Shown one piece after another: positions 45,648 to 55,958 of a stretch of DNA of 64,000 nt. Numbering within the stretch: the stretch's first letter is position 1; the number at the start of each line of letters is the position of its first letter. The position numbers were made by a program, and so were the translations under genes. The notes below the pieces were generated by a model. The model was not told where the DNA came from and ran no database searches. It worked only from the letters and a program-made list of their open reading frames with translations. Where the stretch lies: the NCBI GenBank assembly GCA_026395915.1, contig JAPLXU010000013.1, positions 16,428 to 80,427 of the forward strand, in the 5' to 3' direction. This DNA is from Candidatus Nomurabacteria bacterium. Its GTDB lineage: Bacteria > Patescibacteriota > Minisyncoccia > Phycocordibacterales > UBA9973.

Positions 45648-46127
45648 ATGCAAAAAGATTTTGATAAATGGAACACAGAGAAAAAAGCTGTAGATGCAAA
45701 AGTTGTAAATACAGAACTTTTCTTTCATGCTCGGGAAATTTGGTGGTGTAGCGCAGGATTAAATGTTGGAGTAGAAGCAGATGGAAAACACGAAAACTTT
45801 GAAAGGCCGATGCTAATTGTAAAAAAGTTTAATGCGGATATGGTATGGGCGCTTCCACTTACTACGCAAGGAAGAAAAAATAAGTATTATTATAAGTTGA
45901 ATCACGAAGAAGTAAAATCGTGGGTTGTTCTGTCACAAATAAAAACAATAAGCACAAAAAGATTTTTGCGAAAGGTAGGATCTATTTCTGAGTCAGATTT
46001 CAAGGAAGTAATTTTGAGGTTGCAAAAGTTGCTAAAAATCGAAAACCCCCTTACGGGGGCTTTCTCGGAGGCCGAAGCCACTAATACAAGAAGTATAAAC
46101 GGCAATCAAAACAAAGTCAAGCGATAG
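45648..46127 (+). CDS. PemK/MazF-like endoribonuclease toxin (orphan), paralog 2
   Basis: REIWWCSAGLNVGVEADGK..FERPML, ALPLTT, VLSQIKTISTKRF. Confidence 0.8.
   Translation: MQKDFDKWNTEKKAVDAKVVNTELFFHAREIWWCSAGLNVGVEADGKHENFERPMLIVKKFNADMVWALPLTTQGRKNKYYYKLNHEEVKSWVVLSQIKTISTKRFLRKVGSISESDFKEVILRLQKLLKIENPLTGAFSEAEATNTRSINGNQNKVKR
46036..46087 (-). ncRNA. Candidate small structured RNA, copy 2
   Basis: ggc-ttcg-gcc hairpin, TCCGAGA, ccccc-gtaa-ggggg, TTTCG; promoter TTGACT-17-TATACT at 46120-46092. Confidence 0.6.
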
Positions 46128-46183
46128 ACGAAACCCCCTTTCGGGGGTTTCTCGGGGTCTCCGACAAGGGAGACATTTACAAC
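46127..46183 (-). ncRNA. Candidate small structured RNA, copy 3
   Basis: GTAAAT-gtctcc-cttgtc-ggagac-CCCGAGA-ccccc-gaaa-ggggg-TTTCG; promoter TTGACA-16-TATACT at 46214-46187. Confidence 0.6.
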
Positions 46184-46269
46184 GTAAGTATATCAAATAC
46201 AAAAGACATGTCAAGTAAAAAATCAACCTTAATTTACAAGCTTATTATTAAAAATTTAACCAAAATAAT

Positions 46270-47889
46270 ATGAACAAAAAAATTATTTGGAGGGTTATCG
46301 TAGCGATTGTCATAATCGCAGGGGGCTTCGCGTATAATTATCTATCAAAACCAAAACCAGTGTGTTGGCCTTATTGTCCTGGAATGACGGATCAAGATCG
46401 TGAAGCAATCAAAAAATCTGCGCTTGAAGCCGAAACTGCGAATTGGAAAACGTACACAAATACTAAATATGGATTTGAAGTAAAGTATCCAGTAGATTGG
46501 AGAACTGAAGAGACAAAAACACGTTATGGTTCTACTATTTTCTCTCTAGCTCTAGTATCTCCAGAAACTGATGATTTTATCAAAAAAGTTCCTGGCACTG
46601 ATGCAAGTACATTTGACGTTGATTTTATGATATATCCATTAAATTACAGATCTAATGGTGTTCGTAGTCAGGTTGTGTTTAATGGAATTAATGCAGAAAA
46701 AGTTGTATCTGAATCTGAGCTGGGTACTCATAGTATTATCTATTTGGATGGAAAAAATTATACGTATGGGATATATAATATTAGTCCAAGAAACATTGAG
46801 GAGAATGATCAAATTCTCTCTACTTTCAAATTCATTGAGCCAACGACACAAATTGATACTTCGAATTGGAAAACGTATACAAATGAAAAATATGGTTTTT
46901 CATTATCATATCCAACCGACTTTGAAAATGTGAATGATTTAACTGCCACACAACAAAATTCTCTTTTGACGTATATGGCAGTATGTCTTGTTGGTAATAA
47001 TAATTCACGGATACGGCCAGATCAAAGTGGTTTCTGTTATGTAGGAAAACAAACGTCAGATGGGTTTACAATGGCTTCTTTGAACATAACTCCTAGTGTA
47101 TCGAAAAGTGCGCAAGAATGTAATAATACATCTGCTCAAATTAAGCAAACGACACTTAATGGTATTATCTTTGATCAATCCCATCTCGACGACGCTGGTT
47201 TAGGTCACTATGTATCAACAGATTCTTATAGGACATATCACCAGGGAATATGTTATACGATAGATCTAAACATTGAGTCGAATATAGGTAAATTAGAAAA
47301 GGGACTTAGCGTTGATTTTGCTTCTTTGATACATTCTAAATTAGAATCGATTCTTTCCACTTTCAAATTCATTCCAACCGCAAATATTTCCTCAAATGAT
47401 TCTTTGTTAAAAGCTGGAACAGATGTTTTGACTGCATTAAGAGATGATAATTATCAAAAACTAGAGGAACTTACGAGCTCAAGTGGTTTATCTTGGAATG
47501 AATATCCGCAACTTGATTTTACGAAAAATGATATTTCTAAAGATAGCATATCGGATATATCAACAGACAATAAAACTTATATGTTCGGTTACACAGATGG
47601 AAAAGGTGATCCTATCGTTTTAACAAAAAAAGACTATATAAAAGAATATCTTTATAATTACGACTACTTGTATGCTGAAAAGGTTGCTGTAAATAAAACA
47701 TTAGGTAGTGGAAACAGTGTTAATTCTATTATTAAGGATTCTGGAAATAGAACTGTCGTAGCTTACTATTTTTCTGGGTTTGATGCAAAATATGGTGGTA
47801 TGGATTGGACAACTTTGTATTTAGTTTTTGACAAGGAAAATGGTGTGTATAAGCTTTGTGGAATTGCAAAAGACAATTGGACAATTTAG
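46270..47889 (+). CDS. Membrane-anchored surface protein with two PsbP-like (WKTYxNxKYGF) modules and an unrelated C-terminal domain
   Basis: N-terminal TM; modules start with NWKTYTN.KYGF and end with ILSTFKF. Confidence 0.7.
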   Translation: MNKKIIWRVIVAIVIIAGGFAYNYLSKPKPVCWPYCPGMTDQDREAIKKSALEAETANWKTYTNTKYGFEVKYPVDWRTEETKTRYGSTIFSLALVSPETDDFIKKVPGTDASTFDVDFMIYPLNYRSNGVRSQVVFNGINAEKVVSESELGTHSIIYLDGKNYTYGIYNISPRNIEENDQILSTFKFIEPTTQIDTSNWKTYTNEKYGFSLSYPTDFENVNDLTATQQNSLLTYMAVCLVGNNNSRIRPDQSGFCYVGKQTSDGFTMASLNITPSVSKSAQECNNTSAQIKQTTLNGIIFDQSHLDDAGLGHYVSTDSYRTYHQGICYTIDLNIESNIGKLEKGLSVDFASLIHSKLESILSTFKFIPTANISSNDSLLKAGTDVLTALRDDNYQKLEELTSSSGLSWNEYPQLDFTKNDISKDSISDISTDNKTYMFGYTDGKGDPIVLTKKDYIKEYLYNYDYLYAEKVAVNKTLGSGNSVNSIIKDSGNRTVVAYYFSGFDAKYGGMDWTTLYLVFDKENGVYKLCGIAKDNWTI

Positions 47890-47907
47890 TGTGAATTAAA
47901 AAAACAT

Positions 47908-49275
47908 ATGAAGATTAATATAAAATTTATAGCATCGGTGATATTAATTGCGCTTTTTGCTGCCGGATTTTATTTTGTTGTATCACAGAAAAAGGTGCCA
48001 ATTACTTCTGCAACAGATGATTGGAAAACATACACAAATGAAAAGTACGGATTCGAGTTTAAATATCCAGCTTCAAAATATACGGTATTAGGATATGAAC
48101 TTAGTAGTCGGTATTATAAAGATGAATATGAAGTTGGTGTATATCCCATTGAAGAATATGGAGAATATTCAGGTACTGGACTCGGTATCTCTATAAGGAA
48201 TTTAGGAAAAACTCCAGTCAAATTAGAAGAGCTTATCAATTATCGTCCTCTTGGTATAGACAATACTCACAATACTAAAAAAATATTGGTGGGAGGCCAG
48301 GAGGCTGTTCGAGTTGATCATGATCTTATTCAGATTTCTGGATATGACGGTCAGCAATCAATTTTTCAGTCTTATGTTTATTTTATTAAAAATAACTTGC
48401 TTTATACTATAAATATAGAAAAAGATTCAGTCGACTTAGAAAAAAATATTTCTTTAGAAGAAATTCTTTCTTCTTTTGAATTTACTGATCCAACGACTGA
48501 CGTTTCAAATTGGAAAACATATAGCGGATATGGAATTTCTTTTAAATACCCTAGCTCTATGGGTGAGCCGAAGATCACGCAGTTAAGTACCATGACGTCA
48601 TTTAGTTTTAGTAATAGTGTAGAATTTGATATAGGTGTTTATTATGATCAAAATTTTGGTAGAAATAAAACATTTGACGAAGTTGTAAATAAGGCAAAAA
48701 ATAATCCGGAAGTTGTCTATCGTGGAGAAAAAGATATTACTGTGGGTAATAAAACTGGTGTAGAGCTTTTTCTGTTAGATAAAGTCTCTGGCGGTGAATC
48801 GGTAGAAATTTATGTTCCAAACATAGATAAGCATGGAAATATGTTATCTGGTTCTGAATATAACAGGGCGGTGGCTAATGTTGGTGGTGCTGATCTTCTG
48901 TCAATCATGAAAACTTTAGAATTTACTGAACCAGCAACACAAATTGACACTTCAAATTGGAAAACATATAAAAATGAAGACTATGGGATAGAGTTTAAAT
49001 ATCTTAGTACTTATAGCATATTAGATAGAAGTTATATAACTCCAGGAGGAGGTGTTTTTCCATCAGTAGCGATTGTTCCTCCAACTGATCAAGAAAATGA
49101 TCTAATAATTATTGGTTCTAGAACTTTAGTAAGTACGGCACCTGCAATTTCTTGTAATTCTACATTTACAAGGTGTAAAGAATTTGGGTCAAATATTGTA
49201 TATACTAAAGCTCAAAATAGTAACATTCAGGTTCTGTTTGATAACTTTATTGATACCGTAAAATTCACCAAATAA
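47908..49275 (+). CDS. Membrane-anchored surface protein with three PsbP-like modules
   Basis: N-terminal TM; three WKTY..YG..FKY modules. Confidence 0.7.
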   Translation: MKINIKFIASVILIALFAAGFYFVVSQKKVPITSATDDWKTYTNEKYGFEFKYPASKYTVLGYELSSRYYKDEYEVGVYPIEEYGEYSGTGLGISIRNLGKTPVKLEELINYRPLGIDNTHNTKKILVGGQEAVRVDHDLIQISGYDGQQSIFQSYVYFIKNNLLYTINIEKDSVDLEKNISLEEILSSFEFTDPTTDVSNWKTYSGYGISFKYPSSMGEPKITQLSTMTSFSFSNSVEFDIGVYYDQNFGRNKTFDEVVNKAKNNPEVVYRGEKDITVGNKTGVELFLLDKVSGGESVEIYVPNIDKHGNMLSGSEYNRAVANVGGADLLSIMKTLEFTEPATQIDTSNWKTYKNEDYGIEFKYLSTYSILDRSYITPGGGVFPSVAIVPPTDQENDLIIIGSRTLVSTAPAISCNSTFTRCKEFGSNIVYTKAQNSNIQVLFDNFIDTVKFTK

Positions 49276-49280
49276 AACAT

Positions 49281-51026
49281 ATGTCTTCATCAGTCGATCA
49301 AATTAAATCACGAATAGATATCCTCTCGCTCGTTTCATCTTACATGAAGCTAGACAGGGCGGGAGCTAGTTGGAAAGGCAAGTGTCCATTTCATAACGAA
49401 AAGACACCTTCTTTTTTTGTGTCGCCAGATCGAGGAAGTTATTATTGTTTTGGTTGTGGAGCCTCTGGGGACATTTTTACTTTTGTGGAAGAATTCGAAG
49501 GGCTTGATTTCAAAGGCGCGCTTAAACTTTTGGCAGATAGGGCTGGAGTCACCCTCGAGGTTTACAGCAAGAACGACAAAGATGAAAAAGAAACAAAAAG
49601 CGAGAAAGAAAAACTCTACGAAATAATGGAAGAAGCCACAAAGTTTTTTGAGAAAAATCTGAAAGAAAATACAAAAGAAAGTGAAGAGGCTCGAGCGTAT
49701 TTGAAGTCGCGCGGTTTGACGGATAAAACTATCCAAGATTTCAGAATCGGTTTTGCAATTTTGGATTGGCGCAAACTTTATGATTACCTGAAAGGTAAAG
49801 GTTTTGTTGATAAAGAAATAGAGCTTGCTGGATTAGCAAAGAGACCAGAAGATGTAAAAAAGGCCATGTATGATCGTTTTCGTGGGCGAGTGATGTTTCC
49901 AATAAGCGATTCGAGCGGGCGTATTATTGCTTTCTCAGGTAGGATTTTAGTTGACGACGGCAAGTCCGCAAAATATCTAAACAGCCCAGAGACCCCTATA
50001 TTCAATAAATCTTCCGTGCTCTTTGGTATAGACAAAGCGAAAGATTCTATTCGCAAAAATAATTTTTCCATTTTAGTCGAAGGCCAGATGGACTTGGTGT
50101 TGTCCCATCAAGCTGGTTTCAAAAACACAGTTGCGTCTTCCGGTACAGCGATGACAGACAAGACAGTGTCCAAAGAAAATATTATAAACAACCTCGGGCT
50201 TGTTTATAGGTTGTCAAAAAATATTGTTCTAGCGTATGATGCCGACAAGGCCGGAGTGAACGCTTCAAATCGTTTTGCAAAAATTGCGCTGTCTCTCGGC
50301 ATGGATGTAAAAGTTGCTAGCATGAAAGAAGGAGTGGATCCCGCGGATGTTATTTCAAAAGAGGGGAGAGACGCTTGGCATGAGGTGATAAGAAATTCAA
50401 AACATTTTATTCCATTTATGCTGGAGAGAATTTTGAAAGATGCTTCCGGCGACGAGAGAAAAGCAGGCAGAGGAATCAGGGAACGCCTTTTGCCTTTTGT
50501 GAATGACTTGGAAAGTTCTATAGAAAAATCTCATTTTATAAGGCTTATTAGCGACAAATCGGGCATTGCTGAAGATGCTTTGATTGAAGATTTGAAAAAG
50601 GTCGAGTCTGAATTAAAATATGAAAAAGAAGAAACAGAAATTGCGAAAGCCAATGTCGAGAAAAAATTTAGAAAAGATCCCATCGAGCGCAGGCTCCTTG
50701 GTATAGCCTTTTGGCAAGAAGGCGTTAAAGATAAAATTATTGAACCGGAATTGATTTTTAATAAACTAAGCAAAGTAAAAGACGCTTACAAAGATATCAG
50801 AGAAGATTTGATTTACGAAGCGGAGGAATTTTATTTAAATAGTGAAAATTTACAAAAAGATGTGCAGGAAATGTTATTATCCATAGAAGAAGAATATCTT
50901 AATGAAGAACTTGTTAAAATGATGGTAGAATTTAAAAATCTTAAAGACAAATCAAAAGAGGTGGAAATTCTGAAGAAGATAAATGAAATAAATAAAAGGA
51001 AAGAAGAAATTAAAAATAGTCGTTAG
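49281..51026 (+). CDS. dnaG: DNA primase
   Basis: CPFHNEKTPSF, CFGC, KYLNSPET, VEGQMD, YDADKAG. Confidence 0.97.
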   Translation: MSSSVDQIKSRIDILSLVSSYMKLDRAGASWKGKCPFHNEKTPSFFVSPDRGSYYCFGCGASGDIFTFVEEFEGLDFKGALKLLADRAGVTLEVYSKNDKDEKETKSEKEKLYEIMEEATKFFEKNLKENTKESEEARAYLKSRGLTDKTIQDFRIGFAILDWRKLYDYLKGKGFVDKEIELAGLAKRPEDVKKAMYDRFRGRVMFPISDSSGRIIAFSGRILVDDGKSAKYLNSPETPIFNKSSVLFGIDKAKDSIRKNNFSILVEGQMDLVLSHQAGFKNTVASSGTAMTDKTVSKENIINNLGLVYRLSKNIVLAYDADKAGVNASNRFAKIALSLGMDVKVASMKEGVDPADVISKEGRDAWHEVIRNSKHFIPFMLERILKDASGDERKAGRGIRERLLPFVNDLESSIEKSHFIRLISDKSGIAEDALIEDLKKVESELKYEKEETEIAKANVEKKFRKDPIERRLLGIAFWQEGVKDKIIEPELIFNKLSKVKDAYKDIREDLIYEAEEFYLNSENLQKDVQEMLLSIEEEYLNEELVKMMVEFKNLKDKSKEVEILKKINEINKRKEEIKNSR

Positions 51027-51039
51027 AAAATAAAAAATT

Positions 51040-52218
51040 ATGAAAAAGAAAAAAATCACAAAAAAAATAAAAAACAAAAAGCTTAAAACAAAGAAGACTA
51101 AAAAAAGAAAAATTTTAAGAAAAAAAGTCGCGAAATCTTCTTATCTCGAAAAGAAGGCAGATAATTTGGCTCGCATCTCGAACGAACTCATAGAAAAAGG
51201 ACGCAAGAGAGGATTTATTACTTATGATGAGATACTGAAAACTTTCCCCGATATTGAAAATAACATTTTGTTCTTAGACGAGCTTTATGAAAAGTTTGCG
51301 ATTGCTGGTATCGACGTGCTTGAGGGGGGGAATTTGCTTAATCTCAATGTTGACTTGACCGATAAAGATTTGAACAAGTCTACGATGCATGACTCTATTC
51401 AGATGTATTTGAAAGAGATAGGACAATATCCGCTCATTCATGCAGGCGACGAAAAAGATTTGGCCAAGCGCATCGAACAGGGTGACCTCGAAGCGAAGAA
51501 TCTTCTTGCTCGAGCAAACTTGCGTCTTGTGGTTTCGATTGCTAAAAAATACGTCGGCAGGTCTGCCAATCTTACGCTTCTCGATTTAATTCAGGAAGGC
51601 AATTTGGGTCTATTTAAAGCAGTTGAAAAATTTGATTGGACGAAAGGATATAAATTCTCCACTTATGCGACTTGGTGGATCCGCCAGTCTATCACTCGCG
51701 CTTTGGCTGACCAATCTCGTACTATCCGCATACCTGTCCACATGGTGGAGACGATTTCTAAATATAAACAGACGCACAGAAGGTTATCGCAAGACTTGGG
51801 ACGAGAACCGCTTGCTGAAGAGATTGCCACAGAAATGGGTATTCCGGTGGATAAAATCCATGTCATTGAAAACATCAGTCAGGAGACAGTCTCTCTTGAA
51901 CAGCCGGTTGGAGATGACGATGATAAGTCAACGCTGGAGAATTTTATTCCCGATGATAAAATTTTGCGTCCAGACCAAGAATCTTCTCGCAGAATTCTTT
52001 CTGATCAAATCCGTGAAGTGTTAGGCGAACTTAATCCAAAGGAACGCAAGATACTCGAGATGCGTTATGGACTGTTGGACGGCATTCAACATACTCTTGA
52101 AAGAGTGGGGGAAGAATTCGGTGTGACTCGCGAACGCATTCGTCAAATAGAAGCGAAAGTTCATGAAAAACTCCGCCAGCACGAAAAAATCGCAAGATTG
52201 AAGAATTACTTTGATTAA
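51040..52218 (+). CDS. rpoD: Primary sigma factor
   Basis: [39 protein letters not shown]; follows dnaG. Confidence 0.95.
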   Translation: MKKKKITKKIKNKKLKTKKTKKRKILRKKVAKSSYLEKKADNLARISNELIEKGRKRGFITYDEILKTFPDIENNILFLDELYEKFAIAGIDVLEGGNLLNLNVDLTDKDLNKSTMHDSIQMYLKEIGQYPLIHAGDEKDLAKRIEQGDLEAKNLLARANLRLVVSIAKKYVGRSANLTLLDLIQEGNLGLFKAVEKFDWTKGYKFSTYATWWIRQSITRALADQSRTIRIPVHMVETISKYKQTHRRLSQDLGREPLAEEIATEMGIPVDKIHVIENISQETVSLEQPVGDDDDKSTLENFIPDDKILRPDQESSRRILSDQIREVLGELNPKERKILEMRYGLLDGIQHTLERVGEEFGVTRERIRQIEAKVHEKLRQHEKIARLKNYFD

Positions 52219-52219
52219 A

Positions 52220-53053
52220 TTATTTTAATTTCATTTCTTTCGCAAATAGTTTCAAATTAAGACTTGAAAAGTTTCCCTGATTTTCTCCATCTTGGTGTCC
52301 ATACAGATAGTCATGGTATTCCCAGAATTTTCCTTGATCTCCAGCGCATCTTGCTGCTTCAGCTGATTTTATAGATTCCGGACCTAGAAATGCCCAATCT
52401 CTATAAACAAATTTCACATTTCCCTTTTTTGTGTATTCGTTAACTCCAAGCATAAAAGGATTCCAGCTCGGATCTCTCTGTATCAGGGATTGTATTAAGG
52501 GTGCATCTGATTTCATCAAACCAGAAACTGCTCCGCAAAAAGGACATTGGAAGTCCTCATACAACACTAAAACAACTTTTGCTTGAGTGCTTCCAATTGA
52601 AAAGTCTGAAATTGAAATCGGATCTAAATTTATATTATTTATCGTTTTTTCATTACCAACCAAAGCTTTGTCTATCTTCTGGATGACAAGTTCTGCAGAT
52701 TCAGCACCGTCGACAGTAGCGACAACCTTACCATCTCTTAAGAGAAATCCTTTAGGTGTTCCACTTACTCCAGCATTAGTTCCTTTTGTCTTAGAATCCG
52801 CAATTGCTTGCGCATATTTTCCAGAATCAAGACAACTGCTGAATGTTGGCATAGATTTCGTTAATTCGGCTTCTTGTTTTACAGGATCAATTTTTGCGGG
52901 TATTCCACCACCTTTTAACAAAATCGCTCCGGCAATAATAATTCCGGCAATGATTATTGCTCCAGCTATTTGTTTTTGGCTATTGTTCTGATTATTATTT
53001 GGCTTGCTTTCCGCCGTATTTTCTTCTTTATTTTCTATATTGTTTTCTTCCAT
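52220..53053 (-). CDS. DsbA/BdbD-like thiol-disulfide oxidoreductase, circularly permuted
   Basis: DFQCPFC active site lies downstream of the GVSGTP cis-Pro loop; N-terminal TM anchor. Confidence 0.85.
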   Translation of the reverse strand: MEENNIENKEENTAESKPNNNQNNSQKQIAGAIIIAGIIIAGAILLKGGGIPAKIDPVKQEAELTKSMPTFSSCLDSGKYAQAIADSKTKGTNAGVSGTPKGFLLRDGKVVATVDGAESAELVIQKIDKALVGNEKTINNINLDPISISDFSIGSTQAKVVLVLYEDFQCPFCGAVSGLMKSDAPLIQSLIQRDPSWNPFMLGVNEYTKKGNVKFVYRDWAFLGPESIKSAEAARCAGDQGKFWEYHDYLYGHQDGENQGNFSSLNLKLFAKEMKLK

Positions 53054-53177
53054 GCGTTTTTATGTTAATTACTAATATTGCCATTGTAGCATTTTTTTGG
53101 AATATGGTATACTTGCTTCATTAACAAATAAAGGTCTCTCTTATTAATAACTAATGTCCCTGACGGGATAAAAACAT

Positions 53178-53468
53178 ATGTGTAAATCAATGAATGGTTG
53201 TTGCAAAGGTTATTGCGTTCCGGCTTTGATTGGCAAAATCTTGCTGATAATCGGAGGCATTAACTGGGGTTTGATTGGTGTCGGAATGTTGATGGGTAAC
53301 GATTGGAATGTCGTCAAACTGCTTCTAGGATCTTGGCCGACTGTTGAGGCGATTGTTTACATACTCGTAGGTATTGCAGCCGTGGTGAAAATTTTTGGTT
53401 GCAGATGCAAGAAGTGTGGCACATGTGCTTGTGCTCCAGCCGAAGAAGTTATGGATAAACAGATGTAA
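53178..53468 (+). CDS. DUF378 small membrane protein
   Basis: LLIIGGINWGLIG...IVYILVGIAA; Cys-rich termini. Confidence 0.85.
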   Translation: MCKSMNGCCKGYCVPALIGKILLIIGGINWGLIGVGMLMGNDWNVVKLLLGSWPTVEAIVYILVGIAAVVKIFGCRCKKCGTCACAPAEEVMDKQM

Positions 53469-53482
53469 AATTTGTGTTTTTC

Positions 53483-53516
53483 ATCAAAAAAGCCCTTTTG
53501 AAAGGGCTTTTTTGAT
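53483..53516. terminator. Bidirectional-type intrinsic terminator
   Basis: atcaaaaaagccc...gggcttttttgat. Confidence 0.75.
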
Positions 53517-53557
53517 TGCATTTTGCCAGAAAAATGCTATAGTGTGAAGATAAATCT

Positions 53558-54802
53558 ATGGCTTCAATTCCAGACATAATGTTTTTTGTTGTGACTTTTT
53601 TGGCTATTTATATACAGATTTTTTTCCTTGTCACGTTTATGGACAATAGAAATAAACTGGTCACAAGACGGGGTCAAACAAAGTTGGCGAGTTATCCAGC
53701 AGTCACTGTTATTGTGCCTTGCTGGAACGAGGAAACAACCATATTTGCCACGATAAAATCTTTGCTTGCTCTGAATTACCCAAAAGATAAAGTAAATATT
53801 ATTTTAATTGACGACGGTTCGACGGACAACACATGGGAAGTTATTAAGAAATTTGTCGGACATTCTAATATAAAAATTTTCCACAAAGAAAATGGAGGAA
53901 AGCACACTGCGCTCAATTTTGGCCTTCTTCATACCAATACCGAATTCGTGGGTTGCTTGGACGCCGATTCGTTGGTTCATCCAGAATGCCTCGTTCGGAT
54001 TATGAGTTATTTTGAAGCGGATCGAGATACTATGGCTGTGGTTCCTTCAGTGGTTGTGTATAATCCAAAAAATATGATTCAGAAAGCTCAGGCTTTTGAA
54101 CATTTCATTACTGTTTTCATGAGAAAGATGCACGGGCTTCTGGGCGCTGTTTCTGTGCTTCCTGGACCGTTTTCAATATACAAAAAGAAAGTATTTGACG
54201 ATCTTGGTCCATATCGTCAGGCTTATAATGTGGAGGATACAGAGATGGCCTATCGTATGCAGAAGAATCATTACAAGATTGATGATTGCAATGACGCTTA
54301 TGTTTATACCAATATGCCGTCCACATTGGTGAAGCTTTACCGCCAAAGACTGCGCTGGATTTATGGAATTATAAATAACATTATTGACTATCGAGATGTT
54401 ATTTTCAAAAAAAAATATGGTGATTTTTCAATGATTATTATTCCTTCAGTTATTATCTTGATGTTTTCCGCGCTCTATATGTTTGGCATAGGGGTTTATC
54501 ATCTGCTCGATTTTATTATTTCAAAAATTATGAAGTTGGAAATAATCGGGTTTCATCTTTCAAATTACTTTAGTCATTTTGATATGTTTTTTGTGCCGGC
54601 TAGATTTTCTTTTATTATTATATTGCTTGTGTACTTTTTTATTGTATTAGTAAGCACGCTTGGAAGGAAAATGGTCGAAGACAAATGGGTAATTTCATTT
54701 GATGCCATTTACTTTTTTCTCATATTCAGTTTTTTCGCTCCGTTTTGGCTTATGAAAGCTGTTTATAATACCATTTTATCCAAGAAACCTGTGTGGAGAT
54801 AA
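53558..54802 (+). CDS. Processive-type GT2 glycosyltransferase
   Basis: IDDGSTD, GGKH, LDADS, ED and QRLRW motifs; TM helices. Confidence 0.9.
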   Translation: MASIPDIMFFVVTFLAIYIQIFFLVTFMDNRNKLVTRRGQTKLASYPAVTVIVPCWNEETTIFATIKSLLALNYPKDKVNIILIDDGSTDNTWEVIKKFVGHSNIKIFHKENGGKHTALNFGLLHTNTEFVGCLDADSLVHPECLVRIMSYFEADRDTMAVVPSVVVYNPKNMIQKAQAFEHFITVFMRKMHGLLGAVSVLPGPFSIYKKKVFDDLGPYRQAYNVEDTEMAYRMQKNHYKIDDCNDAYVYTNMPSTLVKLYRQRLRWIYGIINNIIDYRDVIFKKKYGDFSMIIIPSVIILMFSALYMFGIGVYHLLDFIISKIMKLEIIGFHLSNYFSHFDMFFVPARFSFIIILLVYFFIVLVSTLGRKMVEDKWVISFDAIYFFLIFSFFAPFWLMKAVYNTILSKKPVWR

Positions 54803-54808
54803 TTTTAT

Positions 54809-55495
54809 ATGATACAAAAACAAATTGATTGGAGAAAATATTTGATAGTTTTTTTAATCACCTTAGGCATATTTTTAACTGCCAGCTATGCAAGCAATTA
54901 TTTTAGTAATAGAAAAATCAACGAATTGAAATCGATTCAAGATAAGATAGCCATTGATATTCTTTCTTCGGAAACTCAATTTTCTTTGCTTACAGAATTA
55001 TCTTGTAAAAATATCTCTGATTCTGTATATTCTCCCGAACTTGGAGAATTGGGAAGTAAATTAGAATGGAGCAGAAATAATTTGGGGGTTACTCCCGAAG
55101 TGTCTTATCTAAGAAAATATTATTCGTTGTTGCAAATTAAAGATTATCTTTTGGCAAAAAAAATATCTGAACGTTGTGGAGTAAAATCATCTTTCATTCT
55201 TTATTTTTACATCGCGCAAGAAAATTGTAGCGAGTGCGAAAAAGAAAGCTTGGTGCTTTCAGATCTGCGTGACAAGTATCCAGAATTGCGCGTTTATTCC
55301 TTTGATTACACTACAAAATTAGGAGCAGTGGAGGCCATGCTTCAAATTTATAAAATAAAGGACACTGAACTTCCGGCGCTTGTCTTGGACGACGAAGTGT
55401 TGACTGGCTTTCATAGCGTGGAAGATCTTGACGCTCGTATTGTAAAATCTTTCAAGCTTCAAGAGAAGAAATCTATCAACAAAACGAACTCATAA
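54809..55495 (+). CDS. Membrane-anchored hypothetical protein with a thioredoxin-like CxxC region
   Basis: N-terminal TM; ILYFY..CSEC; LPALV. Confidence 0.6.
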   Translation: MIQKQIDWRKYLIVFLITLGIFLTASYASNYFSNRKINELKSIQDKIAIDILSSETQFSLLTELSCKNISDSVYSPELGELGSKLEWSRNNLGVTPEVSYLRKYYSLLQIKDYLLAKKISERCGVKSSFILYFYIAQENCSECEKESLVLSDLRDKYPELRVYSFDYTTKLGAVEAMLQIYKIKDTELPALVLDDEVLTGFHSVEDLDARIVKSFKLQEKKSINKTNS

Positions 55496-55496
55496 T

Positions 55497-55955
55497 ATGG
55501 TCTCAAAAAAAGTTAAGAAGAATAAAATAGGTTTTACTGCTGGAAGTTTTGATCTGTTGCATGCGGGGCACATTCTTATGTTAAAAGAATGTAAGACGCA
55601 GTGCGACTATTTGATTGTCGGATTGCAGACAGATCCTAGCTCGGATAGACCTGAGAAAAATAAACCGATTGAAACTTTAAAAGAAAGGATGATCCGATTG
55701 CAAGGATGCAGATATGTAGATAAAATTGTAATTTATGACACAGAAAGAGACTTATACGATATTTTAAAGAGATTAAAACCCAATGTCCGTTTTATGGGGG
55801 CAGATTGGAAAGGCAGGCCTAATTATTCGAGAGATTTGTTGCCTAATATAAGAGTTATCTATAACAGTCGGGATCATTCTTATTCGTCTTCATCACTCAG
55901 AAAACATATTTATGAAGCGGAGATGGTTTTAATTTACAAGAACAAAAAACACTAA
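55497..55955 (+). CDS. Cytidylyltransferase (TagD-like)
   Basis: GSFDLLHAGH, GADW, YSSSSLR. Confidence 0.85.
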   Translation: MVSKKVKKNKIGFTAGSFDLLHAGHILMLKECKTQCDYLIVGLQTDPSSDRPEKNKPIETLKERMIRLQGCRYVDKIVIYDTERDLYDILKRLKPNVRFMGADWKGRPNYSRDLLPNIRVIYNSRDHSYSSSSLRKHIYEAEMVLIYKNKKH

Positions 55956-55958
55956 GTT

